From the IMG/VR virus record IMGVR_UViG_3300037504_000288: a stretch of DNA of 64,000 nt; one strand, 5' to 3'. The stretch comes from a virus. Under the pieces are notes generated by a model, which was not told where the DNA came from, ran no database searches, and saw only the letters and a list, made by a program, of their open reading frames with translations. The position numbers and the translations under genes are program-made. Position 1 is the first letter of the stretch, and each line of letters begins with the position of its first letter. Shown one piece after another: positions 28,844 through 38,886 of the stretch.

Positions 28844-29041
28844 ATGACGAAAACATTCCCTTTAAGAATTGATGAAAATACTCATCGAAAACTGAAAATG
28901 TTAGCGGCTAAGAACAACACGTACGTTAACACTTTGATACTTGAGAGTATAATATTGTTATTCTACAAGTATCAAACGAACGTTGACGATGTAGAGGTTG
29001 ATTTTGACGAGTCAGAAAAATATAGTGTTAATAACGAATAA
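28844..29041 (+). CDS. ribbon-helix-helix transcriptional regulator (65 aa), first gene of plus-strand block
   Basis: SD aaggtgg; MTKTFPLRIDENTHRKLKMLAAKNNTYVNTLILESII (RHH pattern). Track start 28811 is probably too long. Confidence 0.55.
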   Translation: MTKTFPLRIDENTHRKLKMLAAKNNTYVNTLILESIILLFYKYQTNVDDVEVDFDESEKYSVNNE

Positions 29042-29140
29042 ATATTTAAACTAGTTAGGGATAGGTAATAAGACTAACTTAAAATTTTTTTTCCTCAGCG
29101 AGAGTGCGTGTGAGGAGGGTAGTGAGGTCGAGATGGTAAA

Positions 29141-31333
29141 ATGATTGATAACAAAACGTTGCAAGTAGTATCGCGCGAGGAGATAATATCATTCTTGAAA
29201 AGCAAGTTTTCAAGGATTAAAAAAGAGGATTGTATAAAACTCGCGGCAGCGTTGGTGACGACTGATTCTAATAATAGAAAGGTTGAGGTCAGGCAGTTCA
29301 AGGACAAGTATAAGGAGTTCGTGCGACGAAACCCTATATACTTCGACACGGTGGTGAGTGATGATGTTAAGAACGGCGTCACTTATTATTATATTAAGAA
29401 GGAGAAGGCTGATTACTTGTTCGAGGAGATTGTCAAGTTATTGGAGCAGATTGGCTCGTCGCTGAAAGACATTCAGGACACTGACGACGCTTGGGAGAAG
29501 GATAAGGGTCATGACATGTACCTTGTCAAGAAGCACACTACGTTCCAAGATATTCGCGAGAAGGTCGACGCTGAAGGTAAGGATGTGAATTTTAAGTATG
29601 ACTTTGAAAACCCCGACCTCGAGCTTACTAACTTCAATAATAAAATGACTTTGCAAATGGTCAAGGTGCATGTTAACGATAACGGCGAGTATTTCGGGTT
29701 CCCGCTACGATACTATTATTATTGTCCCGAGTGTAATAATATTAGCGACCGCAAGGAGTACGAGGTGGCGTCTTCTAACGGCGCGCATATTAACTGTCCT
29801 GCGATAGTCCAGAAGGAGAAGAAGGACGGTAGCGTGTCGATTGTCAAGTGCAACGAGTACCTAATCCCTGATACTAACCGTACCGAGACCAAGGACACGT
29901 ATATTTACAGCATCAGCTACCGTAGCGAGGACGGGTTCGTGCACAAGGCTGACGCTATCTCGTTCAAAGAACTGCCGAAGGGTCAGGTTAAGGTCGTGCT
30001 CCAGAAGCTACCGCGCGCTTACGGTAACGCGTTCGTTCACATTGTCGATTATAAGAAGATTGACAACGTTGGGATGCAACTTCCGGAGCGCGTCGACGGC
30101 GAGCATTACATATTCACGCTCGTGCGCGCTGTTGACGATTATGTTCTTGAACAGGCTAATTATTATCATTACGGATATTTGCCTATCAAGATTGCTCACT
30201 TGATACAGTTCGCGGCACGGTATCTTCCTAACTTCCGTAATGACCTTAACATAGCACTCTCTGGTGGCATGTCGACTGGTAAGTCGAAGTTCAGCATTTA
30301 CTGGGGGTTGGCGTTATACTCGCAGAGTGCTTGGAAGAGCAACGCTACTTCCATCAGCATCCCTAAGTTGCGAGGCACTATGGAGAGCGTACGGTTGTTC
30401 AACAAGGAGCATCGTTACCAGTACCGTGGATTGTTCGGCACTTACGACCTCATTATTATTGACGAGGTTAAGGAGAACCCTGACGTCAAGAATAATTTGA
30501 AACAGTACTTGTTAGAGCCAGATTACGAGTTCAGCAGGCAGGGTGGTAGCAACCAGACTTTTAACAGGACCGCTCATGTTAACATCACCCAGAACATCGA
30601 CACGACGTTCCTTAGCAAGTATGAGAAGGACGTGCGTTATATCTACACGAGCGACGAGTACACACCTGTCGTCAGCAAGGACGAGCCGAAGCCCGTGTGG
30701 AGCGATAGTGTAGACTTGACGTTGCCTTTGTATACTTACACGAACCATTACTTGATACACGCTATCGACAGGGTTCGTAAATCTTACGAGCGTAACGGTG
30801 TTAACTGGATTGACGGTTCGGAGATTGCGTTGAAACAGCGATTTTACTTCTACTTCTACTTATCGGCGGAGAAGCAGACCGCTGAGCTTACAAGGGTCGT
30901 TCGTGAGAACATCGACCGCGAGGTCGTCAGTAATTATAACGAGCTGACGCAATTGTTCAATATGGACAAGTTGAAAGAGATGATACAGTCCAACCAGCAC
31001 TTGGTAAAGTCTGATAACGAGCTAGCTTATTTCGACAAGGTCGATAAGTTGTTGAGAGAGTACGGTAAGTTCTTGGACACGCGTACCAAGACTATGAGTT
31101 ACACGATTCTAAAGATTATAAGGATGCTCGATGGTCGCGAGCTTTACATTGATAAAGACCTCGAGATATTCCAGTATTTACTGGAGAGTATTGATAACAA
31201 GATTGAGGTCGCTGACACTAACGAGTTCGTAGTTCACGGGCCTAGGAGTGTTGATAACTCCAAGGTTGAAGAATCGTTCGCCGAGCGCAGCGACGATTGG
31301 GGTTTCGAATCATCACTCGATAGTTTCGAATAG
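29141..31333 (+). CDS. MCM-like AAA+ ATPase / putative replicative helicase (730 aa) with N-terminal C4 zinc finger
   Basis: CPECNN...NCPAIV zinc finger, Walker A LSGGMSTGKSKF, Walker B DLIIIDEV, sensor-like NRTAHVNITQN; domain order resembles MCM but no clear SRFDL arginine finger (WSDSVDL). Confidence 0.4.
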   Translation: MIDNKTLQVVSREEIISFLKSKFSRIKKEDCIKLAAALVTTDSNNRKVEVRQFKDKYKEFVRRNPIYFDTVVSDDVKNGVTYYYIKKEKADYLFEEIVKLLEQIGSSLKDIQDTDDAWEKDKGHDMYLVKKHTTFQDIREKVDAEGKDVNFKYDFENPDLELTNFNNKMTLQMVKVHVNDNGEYFGFPLRYYYYCPECNNISDRKEYEVASSNGAHINCPAIVQKEKKDGSVSIVKCNEYLIPDTNRTETKDTYIYSISYRSEDGFVHKADAISFKELPKGQVKVVLQKLPRAYGNAFVHIVDYKKIDNVGMQLPERVDGEHYIFTLVRAVDDYVLEQANYYHYGYLPIKIAHLIQFAARYLPNFRNDLNIALSGGMSTGKSKFSIYWGLALYSQSAWKSNATSISIPKLRGTMESVRLFNKEHRYQYRGLFGTYDLIIIDEVKENPDVKNNLKQYLLEPDYEFSRQGGSNQTFNRTAHVNITQNIDTTFLSKYEKDVRYIYTSDEYTPVVSKDEPKPVWSDSVDLTLPLYTYTNHYLIHAIDRVRKSYERNGVNWIDGSEIALKQRFYFYFYLSAEKQTAELTRVVRENIDREVVSNYNELTQLFNMDKLKEMIQSNQHLVKSDNELAYFDKVDKLLREYGKFLDTRTKTMSYTILKIIRMLDGRELYIDKDLEIFQYLLESIDNKIEVADTNEFVVHGPRSVDNSKVEESFAERSDDWGFESSLDSFE

Positions 31334-31354
31334 CGTGATAGTTTTTTTAAGGAG

Positions 31355-31606
31355 TTGAAATATAAAATGAGTATTAGCGAAATTAAGAATAACGTTGAGG
31401 ATTTAGAATCGCTCGACACTAAGACTTTAGCAAGGTATATAAATGAGTTGTTATTATATATTAAACGCCAGGATAGTAAGAACGTGTCTTTACGCGCCGA
31501 TGTCAAGTATATGCATAAGCAGCTCGAGCGTTTGAAAGTTCACATTACAAAAATCTTGGATAGTAACACGGAAGTTGATAAACTATGGGATGGGAAGATA
31601 AAGTAG
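31355..31606 (+). CDS. small coiled-coil protein (83 aa)
   Basis: SD aaggag; ORF track. Confidence 0.45.
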   Translation: MKYKMSISEIKNNVEDLESLDTKTLARYINELLLYIKRQDSKNVSLRADVKYMHKQLERLKVHITKILDSNTEVDKLWDGKIK

Positions 31607-32271
31607 AAGATGATTATGAGCAATTACCACATACTAAACAACTAATGTTTGACGATTTCGTCAAGCATTGCGAGTTGTATACTAAGAATATTTCGGTCAA
31701 CGGCCTTTTACAACAAGGTTTTAACAAGCTAGAGATTAACTGGCTTGGCGCTAATAGAACGCTTGATATCAAGAGGGTGAACGAGGCGTACTATCTTAAG
31801 CGTATTAAGGAGTTGGAGTCCGAACTCGATTATTACAAGCGCGAGCTTGATAACGCCCCTGTACCGACCGAGCAATCGCTCAAGGCGCCGCCTAAGTACA
31901 TGATTGTCAATCTCCGTGACGAGTTCCTGGTCAAGGACCAATATTCGCCGTCGAAGAACCGTTACACCAGCTTCCATTACGTCAAGAAAATCGCGGTGAG
32001 GAATTTGTGGAGCACTCTCAACTTCCTCGCCGACGAGCACTTGAACGTTGTGGATTACCGGAGTATCGTCAGGGGTCTGATTATCAGGTACAACCTTGAT
32101 ATCAGCGCTGACGCGTTCAACGGTGGTCGGAACAGGTGTAAGTACATGTTCCCGTATTACTATTACCCGCTGAAGGTTTTGGAAAATTACGGGTTCGTCG
32201 AGCATAACCGTAACGGTACTGTCACTGTCAAGAGGGTCGGTGACGACCTGCCAGGTTCTATGTATTGGTGA
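31585..32271 (+). CDS. hypothetical protein (228 aa)
   Basis: ORF track. Confidence 0.45.
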   Translation: MGWEDKVEDDYEQLPHTKQLMFDDFVKHCELYTKNISVNGLLQQGFNKLEINWLGANRTLDIKRVNEAYYLKRIKELESELDYYKRELDNAPVPTEQSLKAPPKYMIVNLRDEFLVKDQYSPSKNRYTSFHYVKKIAVRNLWSTLNFLADEHLNVVDYRSIVRGLIIRYNLDISADAFNGGRNRCKYMFPYYYYPLKVLENYGFVEHNRNGTVTVKRVGDDLPGSMYW

Positions 32272-32575
32272 TATTAGAATGTTGATGAATAATAACGAGC
32301 TGGTGACGGTCGACGACCGCGACATCGCCGACAAGGTGTACTTCCAGCGTCGGCATACCGATTCGTGGTGGGTTTATAATTACGAGTATTCGCTCATCGG
32401 CGAGCTCCGGCGTCGTCGAATTAATAAGTTTCGGCGCTGGGTGTTGCAACCAGTGCCTGTTGACAAGCTCGGCGAGTTGTTTTTCGCGGACAGCACCCTG
32501 CGCCAGGTGCGCGCCATGATTGTCAAGCTGCGCGGTAAACGCAAGGTTAGCGAGAAGTTATTGTTCAATGAATAA
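32240..32575 (+). CDS. hypothetical basic protein (111 aa)
   Basis: ORF track. Confidence 0.4.
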   Translation: MTTCQVLCIGDIRMLMNNNELVTVDDRDIADKVYFQRRHTDSWWVYNYEYSLIGELRRRRINKFRRWVLQPVPVDKLGELFFADSTLRQVRAMIVKLRGKRKVSEKLLFNE

Positions 32576-32587
32576 AGGTGTTAAATT

Positions 32588-33154
32588 ATGAAAAAGGATT
32601 TATTAGTGTTCGATGTCGAGACTGGCGGTCTCAATAGTTTTGTTAACGGGATGGTCACGATAAGTTTGAAAGTTTACGGTAAGAATTTAGAGGAGACTAT
32701 CGTAGTGCGTCCTAATCAGACGCTAGCTTACGACGCAAGGGCATTGTCTATCAACGGCTACACCAAGGTTATGATGACAGACCAAGGTGTTTCCGAGCAG
32801 GAGGCGGTTGACCGAGTTGTCAATTTCATACGTCGTAATTTCGATAGCAAGCCGAACCTGTTAGCGCACAATATAGTGTTCGACGTGCAGTTCATGAACG
32901 CGTTGTTCAACAGGGTCGGTCACCCGCGATTGTTCACAGAGTATTGCTACTATCACCCGCAGGACACTATGATTATAATGAGTTTTCTTAAGGATTCAGG
33001 GTTGATAAACGCTAGCCGTGTTAATCTCATGGATAGTTATAAGTACTTCCATGACGGAAAAGGGTTCGATAACGCGCACACTAGTATCGCTGACGTGCGC
33101 GCCACCGAGGCGTTGTACACTAAGATTAAAAGGTTCTTAGCGAGCTTGAAATGA
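32588..33154 (+). CDS. DEDDh 3'-5' exonuclease (DnaQ/epsilon-like)
   Basis: Exo I LVFDVETGGL, Exo II AHNIVFDVQF, Exo III HTSIADVRATEALY (H-x4-D). Confidence 0.65.
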   Translation: MKKDLLVFDVETGGLNSFVNGMVTISLKVYGKNLEETIVVRPNQTLAYDARALSINGYTKVMMTDQGVSEQEAVDRVVNFIRRNFDSKPNLLAHNIVFDVQFMNALFNRVGHPRLFTEYCYYHPQDTMIIMSFLKDSGLINASRVNLMDSYKYFHDGKGFDNAHTSIADVRATEALYTKIKRFLASLK

Positions 33155-33160
33155 TTTAGG

Positions 33161-33171
33161 TTTTTTTTTTT
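33161..33171 (+). terminator. oligo-T archaeal terminator
   Basis: tttttttttttgg 7 nt after stop of 32588..33154. Confidence 0.4.
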
Positions 33172-33203
33172 GGGTTTTAGTATAGTTAGGATGTGATTTT
33201 AAT

Positions 33204-34814
33204 ATGGAATGGTATGAAGCTAGTGATGTGGAACGTTATAAGACGTTCAATAGGAAATTCTCGTTGAAGCAGTTCTTCGAGTGGTGGCAGGACTCCGAGG
33301 ATGAGTACATGGAACTCCGTGTCAAGGACGTCGAGCTCGTCACCGAGTATTGCAATAAGTATAAGGCGCCGCGCTCGGCCGGTGGCGTTTTCGTCAATAA
33401 ACCGTGGCAGTTGGAGAAGGCGGTCGCGTTCTTCAGGAAGCGCACAACGGTATGGTTCGGTGTCAACCCGCGCCGTCGTGTCAAGAACGTCTACGGTAAG
33501 TACAAGTTCACCGGCAAGGACATCGGTATTAGCCGTATCAAGTTCTTGTTCATCGACATCGACCGTAAGCATAAGAATGGTAAGGCTTCCAACAAGGACT
33601 TGATGAACGCTGAGTTGTTATCGCGCAAGGTGCACAACGAGCTTGTTAACGCAGGGTTCGGCAACAATTACATTAAAATATGCTCCGGTAACGGCTTGCA
33701 GGTCTTGTACAAGCTCGACGTGCCGTTCGAGCTCCCGCAGCCGACTTACGATTACGATAAGAAGCTGGTTTACGAGGATGAGGTTTTCATGAAGGTCAAG
33801 AATACTTTGCACAAGGGTATCGGCCCTATCATCAGCTCGTTTTCGAAGAAGGCGTCTGAAGACTTGAACGCCGAGATTGACACTACAGGGTTCAACTTGA
33901 ACCGTGTCGCGGCGTTGCACGAGACTTTCAACTTCAAGTACGAGAAGCCGATACCTCGCGGTATCATCGAGCTTTTTAACGACGGTGTCAACGACGGGTT
34001 CTCCGATTACTTGAAGTCTATATACACCACCAAGGACTCGAAGAACGCGCTCAAGAAGCGGTTTAATCCTAAAACTATTGTCGAGTTAACCAACGCTCAG
34101 AAAGCGTCGCTCAACAACCTTAATAAGAACTCTATAGTGCGTTTGATGACCGAGTTCCGGTTCCCGGACGGCGGTATTAATAACACGTTATGGTACGGGC
34201 TTAAGATACTACTGCACGCCGCCGGCGTCACAAAGACTGATTCCGAGTATATTAAAATACACTCAATCTTGAAATCAGCGCACGACCGTAGCTTCAGCGA
34301 TAACGGCTTGGAACCGCAGTTCAAGGGTAACGATTACGGCCCTTTGAAAATGTCGGATGTGAACATTGTTCCGGCGATGGTTAATAAGTACTTGCGACTC
34401 CATAAAATAGTGCGCGCCAAGGACGGTATCTCAGGATATCATAAACCTTTGTTCTCAGTGTCGCCTTACGGTAAGAACATCCACGACATAACTATAGATA
34501 TTAAACCAGAGTATTATAAGAACGGTGATGAAGGCTACAGTATTAGCGACCAGGTTGACGACCCGTTAATCGACGTTAAGGAGTTTTCCAATCATATTTA
34601 TAATATTAGGCGTGGTGATACTTTGGATGATAAGTACGTGGTCGACGATTACAAGTTCACCGAGATAGGCCTTATAATGGTCAAGGAGCGATTGAGCAAG
34701 CAGCTCAGCGATTTCATGCTAGCGTTCCGTGACAAGTGGGGCGTCGAGGTTTACAAGTACATGGTCGAGCATTATTTCAATGATTACATTAATTACCGGC
34801 GGTGGAACGAATGA
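33204..34814 (+). CDS. archaeo-eukaryotic primase (AEP/PrimPol-like) domain protein (536 aa)
   Basis: Motif I KFLFIDIDRKH (DxD), motif II ICSGNGLQVLYKLD (sGxGhHv), motif III IDTTGFNLNRV. Confidence 0.5.
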   Translation: MEWYEASDVERYKTFNRKFSLKQFFEWWQDSEDEYMELRVKDVELVTEYCNKYKAPRSAGGVFVNKPWQLEKAVAFFRKRTTVWFGVNPRRRVKNVYGKYKFTGKDIGISRIKFLFIDIDRKHKNGKASNKDLMNAELLSRKVHNELVNAGFGNNYIKICSGNGLQVLYKLDVPFELPQPTYDYDKKLVYEDEVFMKVKNTLHKGIGPIISSFSKKASEDLNAEIDTTGFNLNRVAALHETFNFKYEKPIPRGIIELFNDGVNDGFSDYLKSIYTTKDSKNALKKRFNPKTIVELTNAQKASLNNLNKNSIVRLMTEFRFPDGGINNTLWYGLKILLHAAGVTKTDSEYIKIHSILKSAHDRSFSDNGLEPQFKGNDYGPLKMSDVNIVPAMVNKYLRLHKIVRAKDGISGYHKPLFSVSPYGKNIHDITIDIKPEYYKNGDEGYSISDQVDDPLIDVKEFSNHIYNIRRGDTLDDKYVVDDYKFTEIGLIMVKERLSKQLSDFMLAFRDKWGVEVYKYMVEHYFNDYINYRRWNE

Positions 34815-35299
34815 CTCGCAGGGTCGCGATACTAGTCGATGGTATCAGCTTATTCCACGGGCTCGAGCATCGCACTTTGAGCTTTAACAGTTTCAAGGAC
34901 TGGCTAGCCGACGGTGACGAGGTCGTGTTCGCAGGTTATTTCAATAGTGTTAATAACAAGTTTCGTAAGAAACAATTCTTCGACCACGTCGCGCGTTCAG
35001 GGTTTACACTTTACATACGAAGCACTTATTATAACTCCGAGCTCGGCAGGCAGAAGCTTTACAACGTGACTAGCGACATGATAGCCGAAGGCTTAAGAGT
35101 GCTCGACGAGGTTGATAAATTGGTTATTGTCAGCGGCAAGGCTGATTTGTTAACATTGGTTGAGAAGTACAGGTTGTCTTCTAAAGAAGTAGAGGTGGTC
35201 CAGTACTTGCATAATAACCATTCGCTACTCGATGATTACACAACCCGTCACGTTAGCGATTATTTCAATCATTTAGAAAAAAAATATATATATAAATGA
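34802..35299 (+). CDS. NYN/LabA-like PIN-fold nuclease domain protein
   Basis: VAILVDGISLFHG ... KLVIVSGKADLLTLVEK pattern of NYN domains; C-terminus KKYIYK* encoded by the class-2 promoter sequence. Confidence 0.45.
   Translation: MERMTRRVAILVDGISLFHGLEHRTLSFNSFKDWLADGDEVVFAGYFNSVNNKFRKKQFFDHVARSGFTLYIRSTYYNSELGRQKLYNVTSDMIAEGLRVLDEVDKLVIVSGKADLLTLVEKYRLSSKEVEVVQYLHNNHSLLDDYTTRHVSDYFNHLEKKYIYK
35276..35299 (+). promoter_or_regulatory. class-2 promoter for toxin-like gene A
   Basis: GAAAAAAAATATATATATAAATGA, 25 nt upstream of ATG 35323. Confidence 0.45.
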
Positions 35300-35322
35300 T
35301 TGAACATTTTATAATCTACATT

Positions 35323-36750
35323 ATGACATTCAATATAGACAAAATCCTAGGCACTAAAAAATCGAAGAATGCACCGTCTTTTTCTAACATGACGCTTTCT
35401 AACACTTTCGGTAAGAACAAGTTCTCCGATATGATAGGCGGTCTCACAAAAAAACCGTTACATAACATGGGTGCTTCGATGGAAATGCAGAATAAATGGA
35501 AGGGTATGACCCACCAGCAGCGTAACACTGCCAGGCGCAAGTATAAGGATAGCGACGGCGACAGGGTGCCTGACATGTTCGATTGTCAGCCTCATAATAT
35601 AATGCGCCAGGACTTCACGCCGTTCCGTGACCATACCAAAGCCGAGGGCATGAGCGCGGCGCGCCGGTTCGGCGGTCGTAACCTTAAAGGTCTCAAGAAG
35701 CTCGGTAGCGGCCGTGACCGCGACGTTTACGAGCTTGACAAGGACAAGGTTTTGAAGGTCGCTAAGAACCCGGGCGGTCTGTCGCAGAACGCTTCGGAGT
35801 CAGAGGTGGAGATTTGGGACCTCGGCAAGCATTACGAGACCGGCAAGGATTACGTTGTGATGCAACGTAACAAGCCGTTGTCCAAGCAAAATAAGCAAAA
35901 GCTCGCGATGGTGCGTAAGGAGGCTGGTAAAGTGCCTTATAAGAGGTCGCGTCAGGAGTACTTGAGCAACGTTAAAATGCGTTTATCGTCCGAGAATAAC
36001 GTGCTCGACAGCGCCGGTATTGGCACCGACGTACTCAATTATGATTTCACGCCTGATGAGCTGTTCGCTAACCGTCAATGGGGCGAGGACGCCGAGGGTA
36101 ACTTGCAACTCAACGACGGCGGCGCATTACAAACCGGTGATTCGTTGTCTAAGTATAGGGTTAAGGATTTCAAGAGTGACGACTGGCAATCCCATGAGTG
36201 GCGAGATGTGCAACAGCAGCGTCGCGAGTATAGGGACCGTGGCACGTTCGACGAGCAGCGCAAGCAGCGTCGCGGTTATCCGCAAGCGAGTTATCAAGAT
36301 GCTGCCGAGTTCTTCGATTCCGACGACCAACTTCAAGGTGATGATAATGTTACATTATACCACGGTACTAGGAAAGATTTTTTAGACAGTATAAAAGAAA
36401 AAGGGCTTGTTCGGAAATCAGGCGGTATGAACGATGGTGCTAAAGTGTACCTGACAGGCAGTCGTGAGGTCGCTATGCACCATGCAAGGCAAGGTCCGGA
36501 ATATGAAGCATACTCACAACCGTACCAGAACATTGATTTGTTTGACACTATGCAAAACAAAGACTCACGAGAGTACGATGAGCCTGAAGGTGCGGTGTTG
36601 GAAGTGCAAGTTCCAAGGCGGGATTTGACAGACGAGCAATTACAACAGTTAGAGACTGACCCGGACAGTGTTTATGAGATACCTTATTCTAAGGATATAC
36701 CAGCGGAGAAGGTTAATGTTTGGGAGTCTCAAGGTGAAAAAAATGTTTGA
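35323..36750 (+). CDS. toxin-like protein A: N-terminal FNIDKILG leader, C-terminal ART-fold (H-G-T) domain
   Basis: MTFNIDKILGTKK...; C-terminal LYHGTRKDFLDSIKEKGL...VYLTGS...AVLEVQV (cf. diphtheria toxin SYHGTKPGYVDSIQKGI, PARP/Tpt1 H-G-[ST]). Track start 35296 rejected (inside promoter). Confidence 0.5.
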   Translation: MTFNIDKILGTKKSKNAPSFSNMTLSNTFGKNKFSDMIGGLTKKPLHNMGASMEMQNKWKGMTHQQRNTARRKYKDSDGDRVPDMFDCQPHNIMRQDFTPFRDHTKAEGMSAARRFGGRNLKGLKKLGSGRDRDVYELDKDKVLKVAKNPGGLSQNASESEVEIWDLGKHYETGKDYVVMQRNKPLSKQNKQKLAMVRKEAGKVPYKRSRQEYLSNVKMRLSSENNVLDSAGIGTDVLNYDFTPDELFANRQWGEDAEGNLQLNDGGALQTGDSLSKYRVKDFKSDDWQSHEWRDVQQQRREYRDRGTFDEQRKQRRGYPQASYQDAAEFFDSDDQLQGDDNVTLYHGTRKDFLDSIKEKGLVRKSGGMNDGAKVYLTGSREVAMHHARQGPEYEAYSQPYQNIDLFDTMQNKDSREYDEPEGAVLEVQVPRRDLTDEQLQQLETDPDSVYEIPYSKDIPAEKVNVWESQGEKNV

Positions 36751-38881
36751 CATAGACAAAATTTTAGGATATAAAAAGAAAAATAATAATATAAACACTA
36801 AAAAAATGTTTAATAATTTGAAACCTATTAAAGAGACCAAAATTTCAGGGAAACCTGTACAGATATTTAATAATAACCCAATACCTAAAAGAAGCACTAT
36901 TAAGAACGCTTATGATAAAATCCCTGACGACACGAATATCCCGTTACAGTTTATGACGCGTAAACAGTATTTAAAAAAATACGTTAACAATCAGGAGCGT
37001 AAGAACGGAGTCAAGTTTTCCAAGCAACAGCGCCAGAAGTATTATAAGAACAACAAGGACGAATACGGTAATATAATAGGTCGTTATACTACGGAAAAAA
37101 ACCCGTATTACAAACCGGCAGTCGTTGTGTTTAATGACAAGTCTAACTTTAAAAATATCAAAGGTGATGGTTTTAAGAAGTTTGCATGGCACGAGTTCGG
37201 TCACGAGTTCGTCGAAGACCACGGTGTTAAGATGCCAAAAATGCGTGAGGAGCAATTCGCAAACCATATTGAAAAATACGGCACAAATGGTAAAGAGTTC
37301 GACGCAGGACGTGCCAAAAAACGGCTTAATAAAATGAGCGTTGGTATAACCGATGATACTAGTTCTAAAAACTCGGAGGATGTTAATGAATTGTTTCAGA
37401 GGATGCAGTCTGTCCTTGATAATCCTGATAAAGAACTTGATAGTATGCGACAATCAGATGCTGTTAAATCAAAGGATACTGAACAGTATTATAAATCCTT
37501 AAAAAACAGAGATTTTGAAGGTTTGAGTGATGAAGCGAGACAAAATTTACAAGAAATTATGCAGACTGAGAATAAGCCGATATCACGCTACCATAAAAAA
37601 TCTACTGTAAAAGGACAGTTATCAGAAGGCGAGTATGAGTATAGACAACAATTACCACAACAAATATTTGGCAAGGATTATATTGATTTGAATAATAATG
37701 AGAAGAATAGAATAAGGGATATGCGTATAGAAAGAGATGCTAGCTATAAACAAATTCCTGGAAATGATGAGCATTCAGAGAATAAAATATTTTATCATGG
37801 TACAAATAAACAAAACATAGAATCAATTAAAGAAAAGGGTTTAAAACCCAATTTTAGTACAACTAGTGATTATTCAAAAACAGGTAAAGTATATTTATCA
37901 CCATCAGAAAAATATGCAGCATTGTATGCTCAAGAAAATTTTTCTAATCCAACAGTATTAAAAATCGATGTGGATTCTGATATAGATGAGTCTCGTGAGT
38001 ATGATGGTGATATTGATTCAGATAAAGTATTATCTTATAGGGATGTATCAAGAAATTTCATGGATGTTTATAATGAGTCTGAACAAAAAAATTGGGTGCC
38101 GTTAAAAGATACTGATTCCAAAAATGATACAAAAGAACGCCAACAAATGAAAGGACGACATTGGACAACTTCAGGTAAGCTACATCCTTGGCAGAAGAAT
38201 CTTGTCGGACTGGCAAGACAATCTAAAGATTCCAATGAATTTTTATATTATAAGGATTATGGAAGACCAGTCCATTTAACAAGAGAAGATAAAGAAGATT
38301 TTAAATTATCGCAAGAGAAAGGAAGTCGTGATATGAGTTCGATGGGCAGCAACCATGAACAGAAAGGTAGTATAATGTTTACAAACGATTTAGGTTATTG
38401 GGATTCGCATTATAATAATTATGATTATAATTGGGAGACTGGAAAGGAAGAATATGAGCATTCTAAAGAAGAAGATTTGACAAGACCTACTGTGGCTGTT
38501 ATTGACTTGAGCGGTTCAGAGAAAGATAAGGCTTTTGTGAATGCAAACCGTGGTTTTGGCGACGAACATTTTGTAGAGGATGTTAATAAAATAGGCGTTC
38601 AAGAAGTTAATGATATAGAAGTGGAGCGTAATAAACAGAAAGAATTTGAAGAAAAGTTTGATTTTCAAAATGTTCAGGAGATTAAACAGTTTTATGAACT
38701 TGCTAATAGCGAGGAAGGAAAACGATTATTAGAAAATGATGAATATTCAAAGAATAAAATATTTTATCATGGAACGAGTAAAGAAAATAGACCACTCCCA
38801 GGCGGTAATAGTCAGATGAGTGATAATGAATATATTTCTTTAGAGGTTGTTTCTGAAGATATAATAGAAGAACCAAGGTGA
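36743..38881 (+). CDS. toxin-like protein B: FDIDKILG leader, zincin-like HEFGHEFVEDH motif, two ART-fold (H-G-T) repeats
   Basis: MFDIDKILGYKK...; FAWHEFGHEFVEDHG (HExxH + H at +6, metzincin spacing without Gly); IFYHGTNKQNIESIKEKGL...VYLSPS and IFYHGTSKENRPLP; ATG overlaps stop of gene A (ATGTTTGA). Confidence 0.5.
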   Translation: MFDIDKILGYKKKNNNINTKKMFNNLKPIKETKISGKPVQIFNNNPIPKRSTIKNAYDKIPDDTNIPLQFMTRKQYLKKYVNNQERKNGVKFSKQQRQKYYKNNKDEYGNIIGRYTTEKNPYYKPAVVVFNDKSNFKNIKGDGFKKFAWHEFGHEFVEDHGVKMPKMREEQFANHIEKYGTNGKEFDAGRAKKRLNKMSVGITDDTSSKNSEDVNELFQRMQSVLDNPDKELDSMRQSDAVKSKDTEQYYKSLKNRDFEGLSDEARQNLQEIMQTENKPISRYHKKSTVKGQLSEGEYEYRQQLPQQIFGKDYIDLNNNEKNRIRDMRIERDASYKQIPGNDEHSENKIFYHGTNKQNIESIKEKGLKPNFSTTSDYSKTGKVYLSPSEKYAALYAQENFSNPTVLKIDVDSDIDESREYDGDIDSDKVLSYRDVSRNFMDVYNESEQKNWVPLKDTDSKNDTKERQQMKGRHWTTSGKLHPWQKNLVGLARQSKDSNEFLYYKDYGRPVHLTREDKEDFKLSQEKGSRDMSSMGSNHEQKGSIMFTNDLGYWDSHYNNYDYNWETGKEEYEHSKEEDLTRPTVAVIDLSGSEKDKAFVNANRGFGDEHFVEDVNKIGVQEVNDIEVERNKQKEFEEKFDFQNVQEIKQFYELANSEEGKRLLENDEYSKNKIFYHGTSKENRPLPGGNSQMSDNEYISLEVVSEDIIEEPR

Positions 38882-38886
38882 TACTA

